From NCBI GenBank assembly GCA_964245705.1, contig CAXTOD010000001.1, forward strand, positions 1-47,952: a stretch of DNA of 47,952 bases, read 5' to 3'. The position numbers and the translations under genes are program-made. Origin of the DNA: an uncultured Acetobacteraceae bacterium. Lineage in GTDB: Bacteria; Pseudomonadota; Alphaproteobacteria; Acetobacterales; Acetobacteraceae. Below, in pieces: positions 17,363 through 27,828 of this stretch (position 1 is its first letter; the number at the start of each line of letters is the position of its first letter). The notes beneath the pieces are model-generated. The model did not search any database and was not told the DNA's origin. It saw only the letters and a list, made by a program, of their open reading frames with translations.

Positions 17363-18010
17363 ATGTCCGAAACGACCGCTGCCGCGCCCGCTGCTGAAAC
17401 GACCACTCCTGCCACCTCGGGCTCGGTCCTGGGCGATGCCCTGCCGCCGGCCGGTGCGCCCGAGAAGGTCGACACGGTCGTCCCGCCGCCGGCACCCGAA
17501 GCGCCGGTCGTTCCCGAGGCCTACGACTTCGCGGCACCCGAGGGCTTCACGGTCGATGACGCGGCGGTCGACGGCTACAAGACGCTCGCCCGCGAGATGG
17601 GGCTCAGCCAGGAGCAGTTCGCCAAGCTGAGCGGCTACGGCATCGAGCAGTTGAAGGCCGCCACCGCGGCGCCGGCTGCGGCCTGGCAGGCGATGCAGTC
17701 CGAGTGGGTCGGGCAGGTCGCGGCGGATCCTGAGCTCGGCATGGTCGACGGCAAGCTGGCGCCCGAGGCGGCGCAGCACGTCGCGCGCGTCGCGCAGGCC
17801 TACGGCACCCCTGAGCTGATGCAGGCGCTGGCGCTGACCGGCGCCGGCAATCATCCGGCCGTGATCAAGGCCTTCGTCGCCATCGGCAAGGCCATGGGCG
17901 CCGCCGGCCCGCTCGACCAAGGCAAGCCCGCGCCGGCAACCCGTCAGGGCAACAGCTTCGGCGAGATCGCCTCCCGTCTCTACCCCACCATGCAAAGCGC
18001 AGGAGCGTAA
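17363..18010 (+). CDS. Capsid scaffolding protein
   Basis: PEAYDFAAPEG...LGLSQEQ-like motif (MGLSQEQF)...GAGNHPAVIKAF...LYP; directly before capsid gene. Confidence 0.8.
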   Translation: MSETTAAAPAAETTTPATSGSVLGDALPPAGAPEKVDTVVPPPAPEAPVVPEAYDFAAPEGFTVDDAAVDGYKTLAREMGLSQEQFAKLSGYGIEQLKAATAAPAAAWQAMQSEWVGQVAADPELGMVDGKLAPEAAQHVARVAQAYGTPELMQALALTGAGNHPAVIKAFVAIGKAMGAAGPLDQGKPAPATRQGNSFGEIASRLYPTMQSAGA

Positions 18011-18013
18011 GCC

Positions 18014-19069
18014 GTGGCCATCCTTCCCTCGAACGTCCTGACGCTGGCCGACTGGGCCACGCGCCGCGACCCCGACGGCAAGATCGCCGACGTGGTGAAC
18101 CTGCTGTCCCAGAGCAACGAGATCCTGGACGACATGCTGTGGAAGGAGGGCAACCTCGCCACCGGCCACAAGACCACCGTCCGGACCGGCCTGCCCGCCG
18201 GTGCATGGCGCCTGCTGAACTACGGCGTGCCGCGCAGCAAGAGCACCACCGCGCAGATCCAGGACACCTGCGGGATGCTGGAGGCGTACTCCTTCATCGA
18301 CAAGGATCTGGCGCGGCTGGAGGGCGACGACGCGTCGTTCCGGCTGTCCGAGGACATGGCCTTCCTGGAGGGCATGAACCAGCAGATGGCGCAGACCCTG
18401 TTCTACGGGAACGCGTCCGTGAACCCGGAGCGCTTCACCGGCTTGGCGCCGCGCTACTCCACCGTCAACCCGGCGAACGGCGCCAACAACGCGGTGAACG
18501 TGCTGGACGGCGGCGGCACGGGGTCGACCAACACCTCCATCTGGCTGTGCTGCTGGGGGCCGACCACCGGGTTCGGCATCTTCCCGAAGGGCTCGGTGGC
18601 CGGCCTGCAGACCATGGACGTCACCACCAACGCGCCGGTGATGGACGCCAACGGCAACCAGTTCCAGGCCTACCAGACCCATTTCAAGTGGGACTGCGGC
18701 CTGACCATCCGCGACTGGCGGTACTTCGTCCGCATCGCCAACATCGACACCACCCTGCTGACCGGGGCGAACGCGGCGAACCTGATCTCGCTGCTGATCG
18801 CGGCGGTGCACAAGGTGCCGACGATGCCGCGCTCGGCCGGCCCGGTGCAGGACGCGACCATGGCGCGCGGCGGCATGCCGCTGAACTTCGGCCGCCCGGC
18901 GATCTACATGAACCGCACGCTGCTGACCGCCATGGACCTGCAGGCGCTGAACAAAACCAACGTGCTGCTGAAGATGGACGAGTGGGACGGCAAGCCGGTC
19001 ACGACCTTCCGCGGCATCCCGCTGCGCTGCTGCGACCAGCTGCTCAACACCGAAGCCCGAGTGGTCTGA
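18014..19069 (+). CDS. Major capsid protein (BPP-1 / epsilon15 gp7-like)
   Basis: LTLADWA, LSQSNEILDDM, TTVRTGLP, CGMLE, DWRYFVRIANID, FRGIPLR..DQLLNTEARVV. Confidence 0.93.
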   Translation: MAILPSNVLTLADWATRRDPDGKIADVVNLLSQSNEILDDMLWKEGNLATGHKTTVRTGLPAGAWRLLNYGVPRSKSTTAQIQDTCGMLEAYSFIDKDLARLEGDDASFRLSEDMAFLEGMNQQMAQTLFYGNASVNPERFTGLAPRYSTVNPANGANNAVNVLDGGGTGSTNTSIWLCCWGPTTGFGIFPKGSVAGLQTMDVTTNAPVMDANGNQFQAYQTHFKWDCGLTIRDWRYFVRIANIDTTLLTGANAANLISLLIAAVHKVPTMPRSAGPVQDATMARGGMPLNFGRPAIYMNRTLLTAMDLQALNKTNVLLKMDEWDGKPVTTFRGIPLRCCDQLLNTEARVV

Positions 19070-19081
19070 GGAGACACGACG

Positions 19082-19528
19082 ATGTATGTCGACGGCGCAC
19101 TGCTCTTCGCGAACGGCCAGACCCTCGTCGGCATCGCAGCAGCTACCCCCACCGCGTCCACCAACATCCTGGACTTCAGCCAGCCGCGCGACCTGGGCGT
19201 GTCGCAGCCGCTGAGCCTGTTCGTGCTGGCGCCGACGTTCCCGACCTCCGGCACGGCCGGCGCGACCATCACGGTGGCGCTGCAGGGCTCGCCGGACGCG
19301 GCGACCTGGACCACCCTGGAAGACAGCGGCCCGGTCGCGATCGCCAACATCAGCGCGCAGGACCCGTTCCTGTGGCGCACCCAGCTGCCGATCTTCGGCT
19401 CGATCGCCTACCGCTACCTGCAGCTGTCCTACACGCTGTCGGCGGCCTTCACCGCGGGCACGATCGAGGCCGGCTTGGTGCTCGACCTCAACCGCCGGCC
19501 CACCTACCCGCGCAACTACGCGGCCTGA
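19082..19528 (+). CDS. Capsid cement/decoration protein (Bbp16-like)
   Basis: MYVDGALLF..Q...STNILD, LQGSPD, RYLQLSY, FTAGTIEAGL. Confidence 0.82.
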   Translation: MYVDGALLFANGQTLVGIAAATPTASTNILDFSQPRDLGVSQPLSLFVLAPTFPTSGTAGATITVALQGSPDAATWTTLEDSGPVAIANISAQDPFLWRTQLPIFGSIAYRYLQLSYTLSAAFTAGTIEAGLVLDLNRRPTYPRNYAA

Positions 19529-19539
19529 GGAGCTGATTC

Positions 19540-20079
19540 ATGCCCCGCTACCGCGTCACGGAAACCAGCTACTTCGGCGACCGCATCGTGCCGGCCGGCG
19601 AGGAGGTCGAGTTCGACCACGACCCGGGCTTCAACGTCCATCCGCTGGACGACGAGGCCGCGGCGCGTGTCGAGGCGGTCAAGGACACCATCGGCGCGCG
19701 GCCGGCGCCGCAGGACCCGGGCTTCATCTCCCGCATGATGCGCGTGAACCTGGACGAGGGGGACGCCAAGGGCAGCGGCTTGATCCCGGCCGGCCCGATG
19801 GGCGCCAACGCACCGAACAGCGTCGTCCCGCCGCGCGCCAGCGGGCCGAAGGAACCGCCGAAGCCGGCTACGGTCGATCCGGCGGCGCTGCAGAAGGCGG
19901 CTGACGAGGCGCGGGCCGAAGCGGAGCGGGAAGCGGCCGAGGACGCCGCTGCGGTGCAGGCCGAGCACGACGCGAAGGAGCGCGAGCTGCAGAGCCGGAT
20001 CGCCGAGCTGCAGAAGCAGCTGGCCGACGCCACGCAGCCCGCGAAGGACGACGGCAAGGCCAAGCCGGCCGGCAAGTGA
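19540..20079 (+). CDS. Hypothetical virion-module protein with coiled-coil C-terminus
   Basis: SD GAGGAG; MPRYRVTETSYF...GEEVEF...PLD. Confidence 0.7.
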   Translation: MPRYRVTETSYFGDRIVPAGEEVEFDHDPGFNVHPLDDEAAARVEAVKDTIGARPAPQDPGFISRMMRVNLDEGDAKGSGLIPAGPMGANAPNSVVPPRASGPKEPPKPATVDPAALQKAADEARAEAEREAAEDAAAVQAEHDAKERELQSRIAELQKQLADATQPAKDDGKAKPAGK

Positions 20080-20082
20080 TGC

Positions 20083-21153
20083 ATGTCCGGCTCCCAGGAA
20101 ACGACGGCGCCGGCTGCTGAGCTTGTCACCCTCGCCAACTTGGCGCTGTTCCGCGCCAGCGCGAAGGCAACGCTCACCACCCTGACGGACGGCTCGCCCG
20201 AAGCGCAGGCGTGCAGCCTGTTCCTGCCGCTGGTGATCGGGGCGATGCTGACCGCCTACCCGTGGCGGTTCGCCCAGCGGATCGGCACCCTGACGGCCGA
20301 GGCGTCCTCTAGCAACCCGCTCTGGGCCAACGAGTTCGCCAAGCCGGCCGACTGCTTGAAGGTGCTCGGCATCCTCAACCCGAACCTGCCGGCCTGCGCC
20401 TACGGGCACCTGGACGACTTCTTCGAGCAGGGCCTGCCGTTCGACGAGGGCTTCAACGGCACCAGCCCGGTCCTGTGGGCGAACCTGCCTTGGGTCCCGC
20501 CGGCGGCAGCAGCCAGTGGCGCGGTGGCGGCCCTGGCCTGCTCCTACACCACGAACGCCATCACCCCGCTGCAATGGCCGATCCCTTTCCAGCAGCTCGT
20601 GTCATGGGCGCTGGCGGCCGAGATCGCGCTGCCCCTGACCGGGAACGGACAGGTGGTCGCGCAGGCGCGCGAGGGCATGGAGACCGCCCTGCAGAACGCC
20701 ATCATGACGGACAGCCCGCGGCGGTTCCAGAGCACGGCCTACGTTCCGGACTGGATCGCGGTGCGCGGCACCGGGCCCGAGTTCCGCGAGCACGGCGTCA
20801 GCCAGGTGCTGGCCTTCTACGACAGCGGCTTCGTGCAAGCGCTCGATGCGGTGGCGGCGAGCCAGGCCGCGGTGCCGAGCTACCTGACTGCCTCGGCCGG
20901 CCTGAACGGCGTGCAGCTGGCCGGCATCGCGGCAGCCGAGATCGGTGCGGCCCAGCGCGGGCAGTACGTGCCCGGCTTCACGCCGGACGGTCGGATCGGC
21001 GTCTTCGCCATCGGAGACAGCCCGGTCGGCTGGAGGAGGCCATACCACGGCGAGATCATCCCCAGCGTAATCGCGATCGGCGAGGCGATCGGTGATCTCG
21101 CGATCGGTGACCAAGTCGGCGACGTGGAAACCGGAGAGGTCGAGCTGCCATGA
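20083..21153 (+). CDS. Tail tubular protein A / adaptor with C-terminal extension
   Basis: LANLAL, YPWRFA, PADCLKV, ALAAEIALPLTG, PDWIAVRG, then ~125 extra residues. Confidence 0.75.
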   Translation: MSGSQETTAPAAELVTLANLALFRASAKATLTTLTDGSPEAQACSLFLPLVIGAMLTAYPWRFAQRIGTLTAEASSSNPLWANEFAKPADCLKVLGILNPNLPACAYGHLDDFFEQGLPFDEGFNGTSPVLWANLPWVPPAAAASGAVAALACSYTTNAITPLQWPIPFQQLVSWALAAEIALPLTGNGQVVAQAREGMETALQNAIMTDSPRRFQSTAYVPDWIAVRGTGPEFREHGVSQVLAFYDSGFVQALDAVAASQAAVPSYLTASAGLNGVQLAGIAAAEIGAAQRGQYVPGFTPDGRIGVFAIGDSPVGWRRPYHGEIIPSVIAIGEAIGDLAIGDQVGDVETGEVELP

Positions 21154-23237
21154 AGCGGATCCTGCTGCTCGCCGGCGTCGCGCTGTGCCCGCTGGCGGCC
21201 CGCGCGCAGCTGAAACCGGACTGGACCAACGGCTACAAGCCGCAGGCGAGCGAGTGGAACACGCTGTGGAGTAACGCGCTCGATGCGCGGACGCTCGGGC
21301 AGCCGAACAGCGCGGCTCTTCTGGATGCCGCCGGCACCCTATCCGCGAACCAAGTCCTAGGCACCGGCACCACCACGCCGCTGACGCTGGCAAACGCCGC
21401 CGTGCAGCGCCTCGACCCGCACCGCTTCGGCGCGCTGTGCAACGGCAGCACGGACGACCAAGCGGCGTTCAACCAGGTCACGACCTACATCAACGCGCAG
21501 TCCAGCTCGCTCGTTCGCACCAACACCGCCTGGGAGATCGACATCGCGGGCGGCCGCTGCCTGCTGTCCCAGCCCTGGACCCTGACCTACGGCAGCCCGA
21601 ACATCTCGGTGCACATCCACGGCGACGGGTCGGCGCACTCCGAACTGGAATGGACCGGAGGCACGAACGGGATCGTGGTCAGCTTCGCGGCCAACGCGAA
21701 CGGCAACGAGATGGCCCGCGGCACGACCTACCCGGGACAGGGCATCGCGGTCGACGGCCTGCACTTCATCGCCGCCAACGGCAGCACCCGCGCCGGCACC
21801 GCCCTGACGGTCAACGGTATCCCGCTGACCAATGCCAGCAATCCGCCGTTCCAGCGCTACAGCGACCTCGTCTTCGGCAACGACAACGGCTACTCGGACA
21901 ACACGGTGAACTGGGCCGGCGGGATGTATCTCGTCAACCCGGACAACGTGAACGCCCGCGACCTCATGTGGTGGGACCAGGCGCATCAGAGCAACACCAC
22001 CAGCATCCCGTTCTGGCTGCACAGCACGGCGCCGGCGGGTGGTCCCGGGCACGGGAACATCACGTTCGACAACATCACGGCGCAGGGCGGCGGGACCGGG
22101 TTCCAGATCGACGGGAATGCGTTCCAGGGCATCAACATCAGCCACCTGTTCACGGTCTTCGTGCAGACCGCCGTGAGCTGGGTCGTTAACCCGAACACGC
22201 TCTCGGGCAGTCTGACGCTCGATCACAGCTCACTCAGCGCACAGCAGACGATCGTGACGCTCGCGAACGTTTCCACCTTCTTCAGCGACGATAACTTCTA
22301 CTACAATGTGAATCCACCGGCCGGGCACAACTTCTATGCCCTCTCGTCCCTGGGTGGCGACACGATCCAGTCGCACGGCGATACCTTCGTCGGCCCGGCC
22401 GCCGGAGCCATGGGCAGCGGCTACAAGTCGCAGGCCATCGTCGTATTCTCGCCAAGCACGTTCGACCCGCAGGGGTCCGTCATCTCGGGCGACAGCGTAG
22501 CGGGTTTCGATGTCGGCTACACCGCGTCCGGCGGCCCGATCAGCTTCAAGGACGACCGGGCGGCCTCGACCACCATGACCTGCTACCAGGACGCGGGCGC
22601 TCAGGCTTCGTCCGCGCTGCACCCGGACTTCGACGGCATCTCGTGCGGCCAGGAGCTGAACAAGAACGACGGCAAGGGGCTGTCGCTGCTGTTCGACTGG
22701 GCGGTGCAGCGCTACGTCAACGGCTCGCTCGAGCTCGGCATGCCGGGCGCCACGTCACCCGGCGGGGTGGCCGGCTACACGGGCCAGATCGACTGGCACA
22801 TCACCGGCGCAAGCAGCCCGAGCTCCATGATCGACTATGATTATCGCGAGACGCTTACCGCCAGCACCGGATCGGTTGGCGGTGGCACGCTGCTGCACCT
22901 CGGGGCGCGCGACAACTTCACCGGCGGCGTGTTCGACCATTCAGCGCCGCGCGTCGCCATCCTGGCGGGCGCCACGGTGCAGGCGGCGAACAACACGACC
23001 GGCATCGAGCTGGCACCCGGCGGCACCATTGCGTCCGGCACGCTGGACCTGCCGCTGGCGCCGCAGGACGGCGACACGTTCAACGTTGGCACCGAGCAGA
23101 CCATCACGGCTTTCACGGTCGGGCTCGGCAGCGGGACCGCGGCGACGCAGATCAACGGCGCGCCGACCTCGATTACCGCGCAGACGCCGGTCCGGTTTAA
23201 ATATTACGTGGCTGTCACCACATGGGATCGATACTGA
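21150..23237 (+). CDS. Tailspike-like beta-helix protein 1 with Sec signal peptide
   Basis: MKRILLLAGVALCPLAARA|Q; LGQPNSAALLD; FGALCNGSTDDQAAF (pectate-lyase-3-type start); N/G/T-rich body. Confidence 0.75.
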   Translation: MKRILLLAGVALCPLAARAQLKPDWTNGYKPQASEWNTLWSNALDARTLGQPNSAALLDAAGTLSANQVLGTGTTTPLTLANAAVQRLDPHRFGALCNGSTDDQAAFNQVTTYINAQSSSLVRTNTAWEIDIAGGRCLLSQPWTLTYGSPNISVHIHGDGSAHSELEWTGGTNGIVVSFAANANGNEMARGTTYPGQGIAVDGLHFIAANGSTRAGTALTVNGIPLTNASNPPFQRYSDLVFGNDNGYSDNTVNWAGGMYLVNPDNVNARDLMWWDQAHQSNTTSIPFWLHSTAPAGGPGHGNITFDNITAQGGGTGFQIDGNAFQGINISHLFTVFVQTAVSWVVNPNTLSGSLTLDHSSLSAQQTIVTLANVSTFFSDDNFYYNVNPPAGHNFYALSSLGGDTIQSHGDTFVGPAAGAMGSGYKSQAIVVFSPSTFDPQGSVISGDSVAGFDVGYTASGGPISFKDDRAASTTMTCYQDAGAQASSALHPDFDGISCGQELNKNDGKGLSLLFDWAVQRYVNGSLELGMPGATSPGGVAGYTGQIDWHITGASSPSSMIDYDYRETLTASTGSVGGGTLLHLGARDNFTGGVFDHSAPRVAILAGATVQAANNTTGIELAPGGTIASGTLDLPLAPQDGDTFNVGTEQTITAFTVGLGSGTAATQINGAPTSITAQTPVRFKYYVAVTTWDRY

Positions 23238-25024
23238 TGCGCCGCCTGTTCCTTGCTGCCATGATTTCGCTCCTGCCGCTCACGGCGCGCGCCCAGGTGC
23301 CGCCGTCGCAATGGTCGCAAGACTACATCCCGACCCTGAACGACTGGCGAAACCTGCTGGCTTCAAATAGCCCGCTGGATCAGGGCACCGTCAACGGCCG
23401 CACCCTGGACAAGCGATCAACCGACATCATCATGGCCTCGGACAGCACCTATGCCGGCGGTGTGAAATGCGATGGGGTGACCGACGACAGTCCAGCGCTG
23501 CAAGCTGCCCTGAACGCCGGCTCGGCCCTGGGCGGCCGTACCATCCTGCTGCCGGCCACCAAGCATGCCTGCCTGCTGAACGAGGGCGTCCAGGTCTCGG
23601 ACGCCGCGCACAGCGGCAACATTCTGGAGGGCACTGCGCATGGGCTCTACTGGCCTGGCCCCTACGACAACACCGAGAGCGATTGGACCCAGTTCGGCAC
23701 CTGGATCCACTGCGCCGACCTGAACAACGCGTGCATCACGGTAAACGGAAACGGCTCGGCGATCCGCCACCTATCGTTCTGGTACACCCAGCCAACGCCT
23801 CCGGGCTCACCCTGCGGCGCCTTCTGCACCATGTCGCATGGCTGGGCGCCCACACAGTACCCGTTCACCATCCTGGTGTCGAACACCCAGAACTTCAATG
23901 CCTTGGCCGACATCAACGTGGTCAACGGGACGAACTGCATTGATTTCGAGGGCGGAGCAACCGGCGTCAACACGATCTATACTTATGCCGAACATCTGCA
24001 CCTCGGCTGCTTCAACACGGTCGCCCGCTTCAACCGGGTCGACAATGTCATCGATGTGCACGATTGGCACGACAATCTGTGGTGGTATCCCTTTAACCCG
24101 AATGTGATCGGTTACACCGAGGGCGACACGTCGAGTCCCGGCCACAAGATCGGCTGCGACATGCACTACCTGGCGAACCTGCAGGGTTCTGGGATCGAGT
24201 TCTACCAGGACGCGATCGCGATGTTCGCGACGGACCAGACGGTTGGCTCCGGCCTTGGGAACGTCACCTTTGGTGCGCAGGTGGTGCAGCTGGCAAACGT
24301 TCAGTTCAACCAGGTGTGCGAAGCAATGGGCGTGGCGGCAACCACGACGCACCTGAACATGCGGCTCGCCAACGTGATGCTGAATGTCGACCCTCAAACG
24401 TCAAATACGACCCAATGTGCAGGTGTGCTGCCGAACGCTTTTAATCTCGCCTCGTCGAACGTCGATGTCGGGATTTCCAACCTGCAGATCTTCTTTGCTC
24501 AAACGATTGCTGCGGTAGGCGCGAACAATGGCACCACCGGCGGCGTACTACGGCTCAGCGGGGTGCAGGCGCAGAACTATTCGGCCTATGAGACCGGATC
24601 CGCCTTCCTGATGCAGGGCGGCTACCTGGATGCGCCACAAGGTTTAAACTGGCTGTTCTCGACCAACCCGAATGCGGGCCCGCATGTTGCCGGCGCCGCG
24701 GGGTCAACGGTCAACACAGGTCTTGGCATCGAGGGCCTGAACACCACTGAACGGGCGCTCGGCTTTTACGATGCACCGGCTAACGGCGGCGGTGCCTACG
24801 ACATCATGCGGTGGCAGTTCGACGACAACGGCGAGGGCGGCCGGATGCAGCTACGGCGGTTCAGCGCCACCGGCACGTTTCAGGACATCCCTATCGACGT
24901 GGATCCGAGCACCGGCCAGGTCTATTTCGTCGACGGGATCAAGGCTGTGCTGCCCACGAGCTGCACCGGGCAGTCAAGCGGGACGCAGTGGAACAACGCC
25001 GGCGTAGTCAATGTGTATCCCTGA
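23237..25024 (+). CDS. Tailspike-like beta-helix protein 2 with Sec signal peptide, Cys-rich
   Basis: TGATG coupling; MRRLFLAAMISLLPLTARA|Q; GVKCDGVTDDSPALQAALN; 12 Cys counted in the mature chain. Confidence 0.75.
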   Translation: MRRLFLAAMISLLPLTARAQVPPSQWSQDYIPTLNDWRNLLASNSPLDQGTVNGRTLDKRSTDIIMASDSTYAGGVKCDGVTDDSPALQAALNAGSALGGRTILLPATKHACLLNEGVQVSDAAHSGNILEGTAHGLYWPGPYDNTESDWTQFGTWIHCADLNNACITVNGNGSAIRHLSFWYTQPTPPGSPCGAFCTMSHGWAPTQYPFTILVSNTQNFNALADINVVNGTNCIDFEGGATGVNTIYTYAEHLHLGCFNTVARFNRVDNVIDVHDWHDNLWWYPFNPNVIGYTEGDTSSPGHKIGCDMHYLANLQGSGIEFYQDAIAMFATDQTVGSGLGNVTFGAQVVQLANVQFNQVCEAMGVAATTTHLNMRLANVMLNVDPQTSNTTQCAGVLPNAFNLASSNVDVGISNLQIFFAQTIAAVGANNGTTGGVLRLSGVQAQNYSAYETGSAFLMQGGYLDAPQGLNWLFSTNPNAGPHVAGAAGSTVNTGLGIEGLNTTERALGFYDAPANGGGAYDIMRWQFDDNGEGGRMQLRRFSATGTFQDIPIDVDPSTGQVYFVDGIKAVLPTSCTGQSSGTQWNNAGVVNVYP

Positions 25025-25049
25025 TGGTCCGGCAGTTCATTTCCTATGA

Positions 25050-25202
25050 TCCATCGTCCTCGCCGGGATCGCGGCGGCGACGGCCTACAACACCATCAGC
25101 TTCGGCATGGTGCCACAGGCTGCAGGCGGGTCGGGCACGATCATGACGCAGAGCCCGCTGCATGGGGCGACGGTCTACTGGCCGGCGCCGCTGTCGCACT
25201 GA
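25050..25202 (+). pseudogene. Headless 3' remnant of a gene coupled to tail tubular B
   Basis: Open frame SIVLAGIAAATAYNTISFG...TVYWPAPLSH* ending in a TGATG overlap with the next start. Confidence 0.45.
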
Positions 25203-27376
25203 TGGCACGCCCGCCCGCCGCGTTCGGTCCGTCGCCATCGCCCGTCTACCAGGCGGCGTTCACGGCCGGGCTGCTCGACCCCAAGCTGTGGTTTCGCTCC
25301 GACCTCGCGAAGTGGAAGAGCGGGCTTGCTGTCTGCAACAACTTCTTCATCCACGTCCAGGGCGGCGCGTCGAACCGGTCCGGCACCGAGTACATCACCA
25401 CTTGCAAGGTGAACGATCCGACCATCCAGCTGGTGCCCTTCGTCTTCAACTCGATGCAGACCTACGTGCTGGAGTTCGGGCCTGGCTACGTGCGCTTCAT
25501 GTCGAACGGGGCGCCGCTGCTGAACCCTGACGGCACGCCCTACGAGCTGGCCACACCCTACGCCACCGGCGACACGCAGCTGCTGCGCTGGGTGCAGAGC
25601 AACGACGTGCTGACCCTGACGCACCCGAGCTACCCGGTCTACAACCTCAACCGCCTCGGCGCGCTGAACTGGACCCTCACGCCGGAGGTGTACTCCGAAG
25701 GCCTGGCCGCGCCGGTCCTCGTCACGCAGACCTCGAACGCGTCGTCCGGCACCGGGCCGATCAACGGGAACGCTGGTAGCACCGGCACGACCCCCGGCAT
25801 CTCAAGCGTGACCTACAGCTACGTGGTGACCAGCGTTTCGGATGAGCTTGCGACGGAAAGCCTGATCTCCGCGCAGGTCAACATCACCAATTATAACATC
25901 GGCTACTACCAGCAGTATGGGAACTACAACATCCTGGCCTGGGGTGCCGTGACCGGCGCCGATTACTACAAGGTCTACCGCATGTTCCAGGGGGTGTGGT
26001 CGTTCATCGGCTCCACCACCGGGACGACGTTCCAGGATCTCGACATCACGCCGGACACCACCACCGGGCCGCCGGAGCAGCGCAACCCGTTCGCCAACGG
26101 CAACTATCCTGGCGCAGTGACCTACTACCAGCAGCGCAAGGTGTTCGCCGGCTCGACCGAATACCCGCAGACGCTGTGGGGTTCGAAGTCGGGCAACTAC
26201 ACCAACATGGACGTGTCGAACCCGGTGCGGGACGACGATGCCTTCACCGCCACGCTGGCGTCGAACCAGAGCAACCTGATCCACCACCTGGTCAGCTTGG
26301 CCGACCTGATCGTCATGACGTCGTCCGGCTCCTGGAAGCTGTCCGGCGGCGGCACGGGGGCTGCGCTGACGCCGTCCTCCATCGTGGCCGTGCCGCAGGT
26401 GTTCAGCGGCGTCTATGCCAACGTGCAGCCGCTGGTGATCGAGTACGACATCCTCTATGTCGAGGCGAAGGGTTCCAAGGTCCGGGCGCTGAACTACAAC
26501 TACTACGCGCAGATCTACACGAGCACGGACGTGTCGGCGCTCGCGGAAAGCCTGTTCTATGGCTACCAGATCGTGGACTGGTGCAGCGCACGCCAGCCGT
26601 TCGACATCATCTGGGCCATCCGCTCGGACGGCACGCTGCTGGGGCTGTCCTACCTGAAGGAGCAGGACGTCTACGCCTGGCACCAGCACTCGACGGCCGG
26701 CTCGTTCTTCTCCTGCGCCACCGTGCAGGAAAGCGCGTTCGGCACCCAGGAGGATGCCGTCTACTTCACCGTGCAGCGCACGATCAACGGCGCCAGCACC
26801 ATGTTCATCGAGCGCATGCGGACACGGTTGCTTGGGGACCAGAACCTCAACCTCCAGCAGGCCTAGTTCGTGGACAGCGGGCTGCAGTACAGCGGGGCAC
26901 CGACCAACACCGTGACCGGCCTCGGCCACCTGAATGGCGCGCAAGTGGTCGGGCTGGCCGACGGCAACCCGGTCGGCCCGTTCACCGTGGCCGGCGGCGC
27001 GGTGACGCTGGGGCTCGGCGTCGACGCCACGGTGGTCACGCTGGGCCTGCCCTACACGGCCACGCTGCGGACCCTGCCGATCGACGTCGGCCAGCCGTCC
27101 ATCGTCGGCAAGCGCAAGCGGATCAGTCGCGTCTACGCCATGCTGCGCCAGACCATCGGCGCCACCGTCTCGACCGACGGGGTGCGCTTCACGCCGCTGG
27201 AAGACATCTGGGCGACCGAAGCGCAGCCGCAGTCGACCGGGATCGGGGTGGGCATCCGGCAGGTAAACGTCCCCTCGCTGTGGGACGAGTACGGCCAGAT
27301 CACTATCCAGCAGACGCGGCCGCTGCCGGTGACGGTGCTCGGGCTGGACGCGGAGCTGACAGTGGGGACGACATGA
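25202..27376 (+). pseudogene. Tail tubular protein B / nozzle (T7 gp12-like) interrupted by in-frame TAG at 26864
   Basis: QAAFTAG.LDP, YVLEFG.GYVRF, VQSNDVL..TH, YPGAVTYYQQR, EQDVYAWHQH; reads QQA*FVDSGL and continues in frame through LGLPYTA and PLPVTVL. Confidence 0.85.
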
Positions 27377-27828
27377 TCGCGTGCCGCCAGGCGGTGCCGG
27401 CCGACGCCGCCTGGATCGCGCCGCGACTGCGCACGGCCGACGCGCGGGAGGTGCGCCGCCTGGGCTTGGAACCGGTCGACGCGCTGCGCGGCGGCATTGA
27501 GCGGTCGGAGATGGCCGGCGTCTTCGTGGCGGACGATGAGCCGCTGTGCGCCTTCGGGCTGGAGGGCACGTCGTTCCTGACGCCGCGGATCGGCTGCCCA
27601 TGGATGCTCGGCACCGAGGCGCTCGACCAGCACAAGCGGGCGATGCTCGAGGAAACGCGCCGCTGGGTCGACGAGTGGCGGCGGGACTACGACTGCCTGA
27701 TCGCCTGGGTGGACGTTGAGTATCTCGGGTCGATCCGCTGGATGCGCTGGCTCGGCTTCGGCATCCGTGGCCGTGAGGCGCTGGGGCCGCACGGCGCGCC
27801 GTTCTGGAGGATGACATGGGAGCGGTAG
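27373..27828 (+). CDS. T7 gp13-like (acetyltransferase-fold) virion assembly protein
   Basis: RLRTADAREV, PWMLGT, SIRWMRWLGF; ATGA coupling. Confidence 0.8.
   Translation: MIACRQAVPADAAWIAPRLRTADAREVRRLGLEPVDALRGGIERSEMAGVFVADDEPLCAFGLEGTSFLTPRIGCPWMLGTEALDQHKRAMLEETRRWVDEWRRDYDCLIAWVDVEYLGSIRWMRWLGFGIRGREALGPHGAPFWRMTWER

Noticed and set aside
25046-25201. Extended N-termini given by the ORF track (e.g. 25046, 12684, 28301, 30574)
   Set aside because: Coupled TGATG starts at 25202, 13173, 28352 and 31342 coincide with where recognisable protein sequence begins.
26864-26866. Phage-wide amber recoding
   Set aside because: Other genes end in TAG, only one internal TAG was seen, and no suppressor tRNA is in the window.
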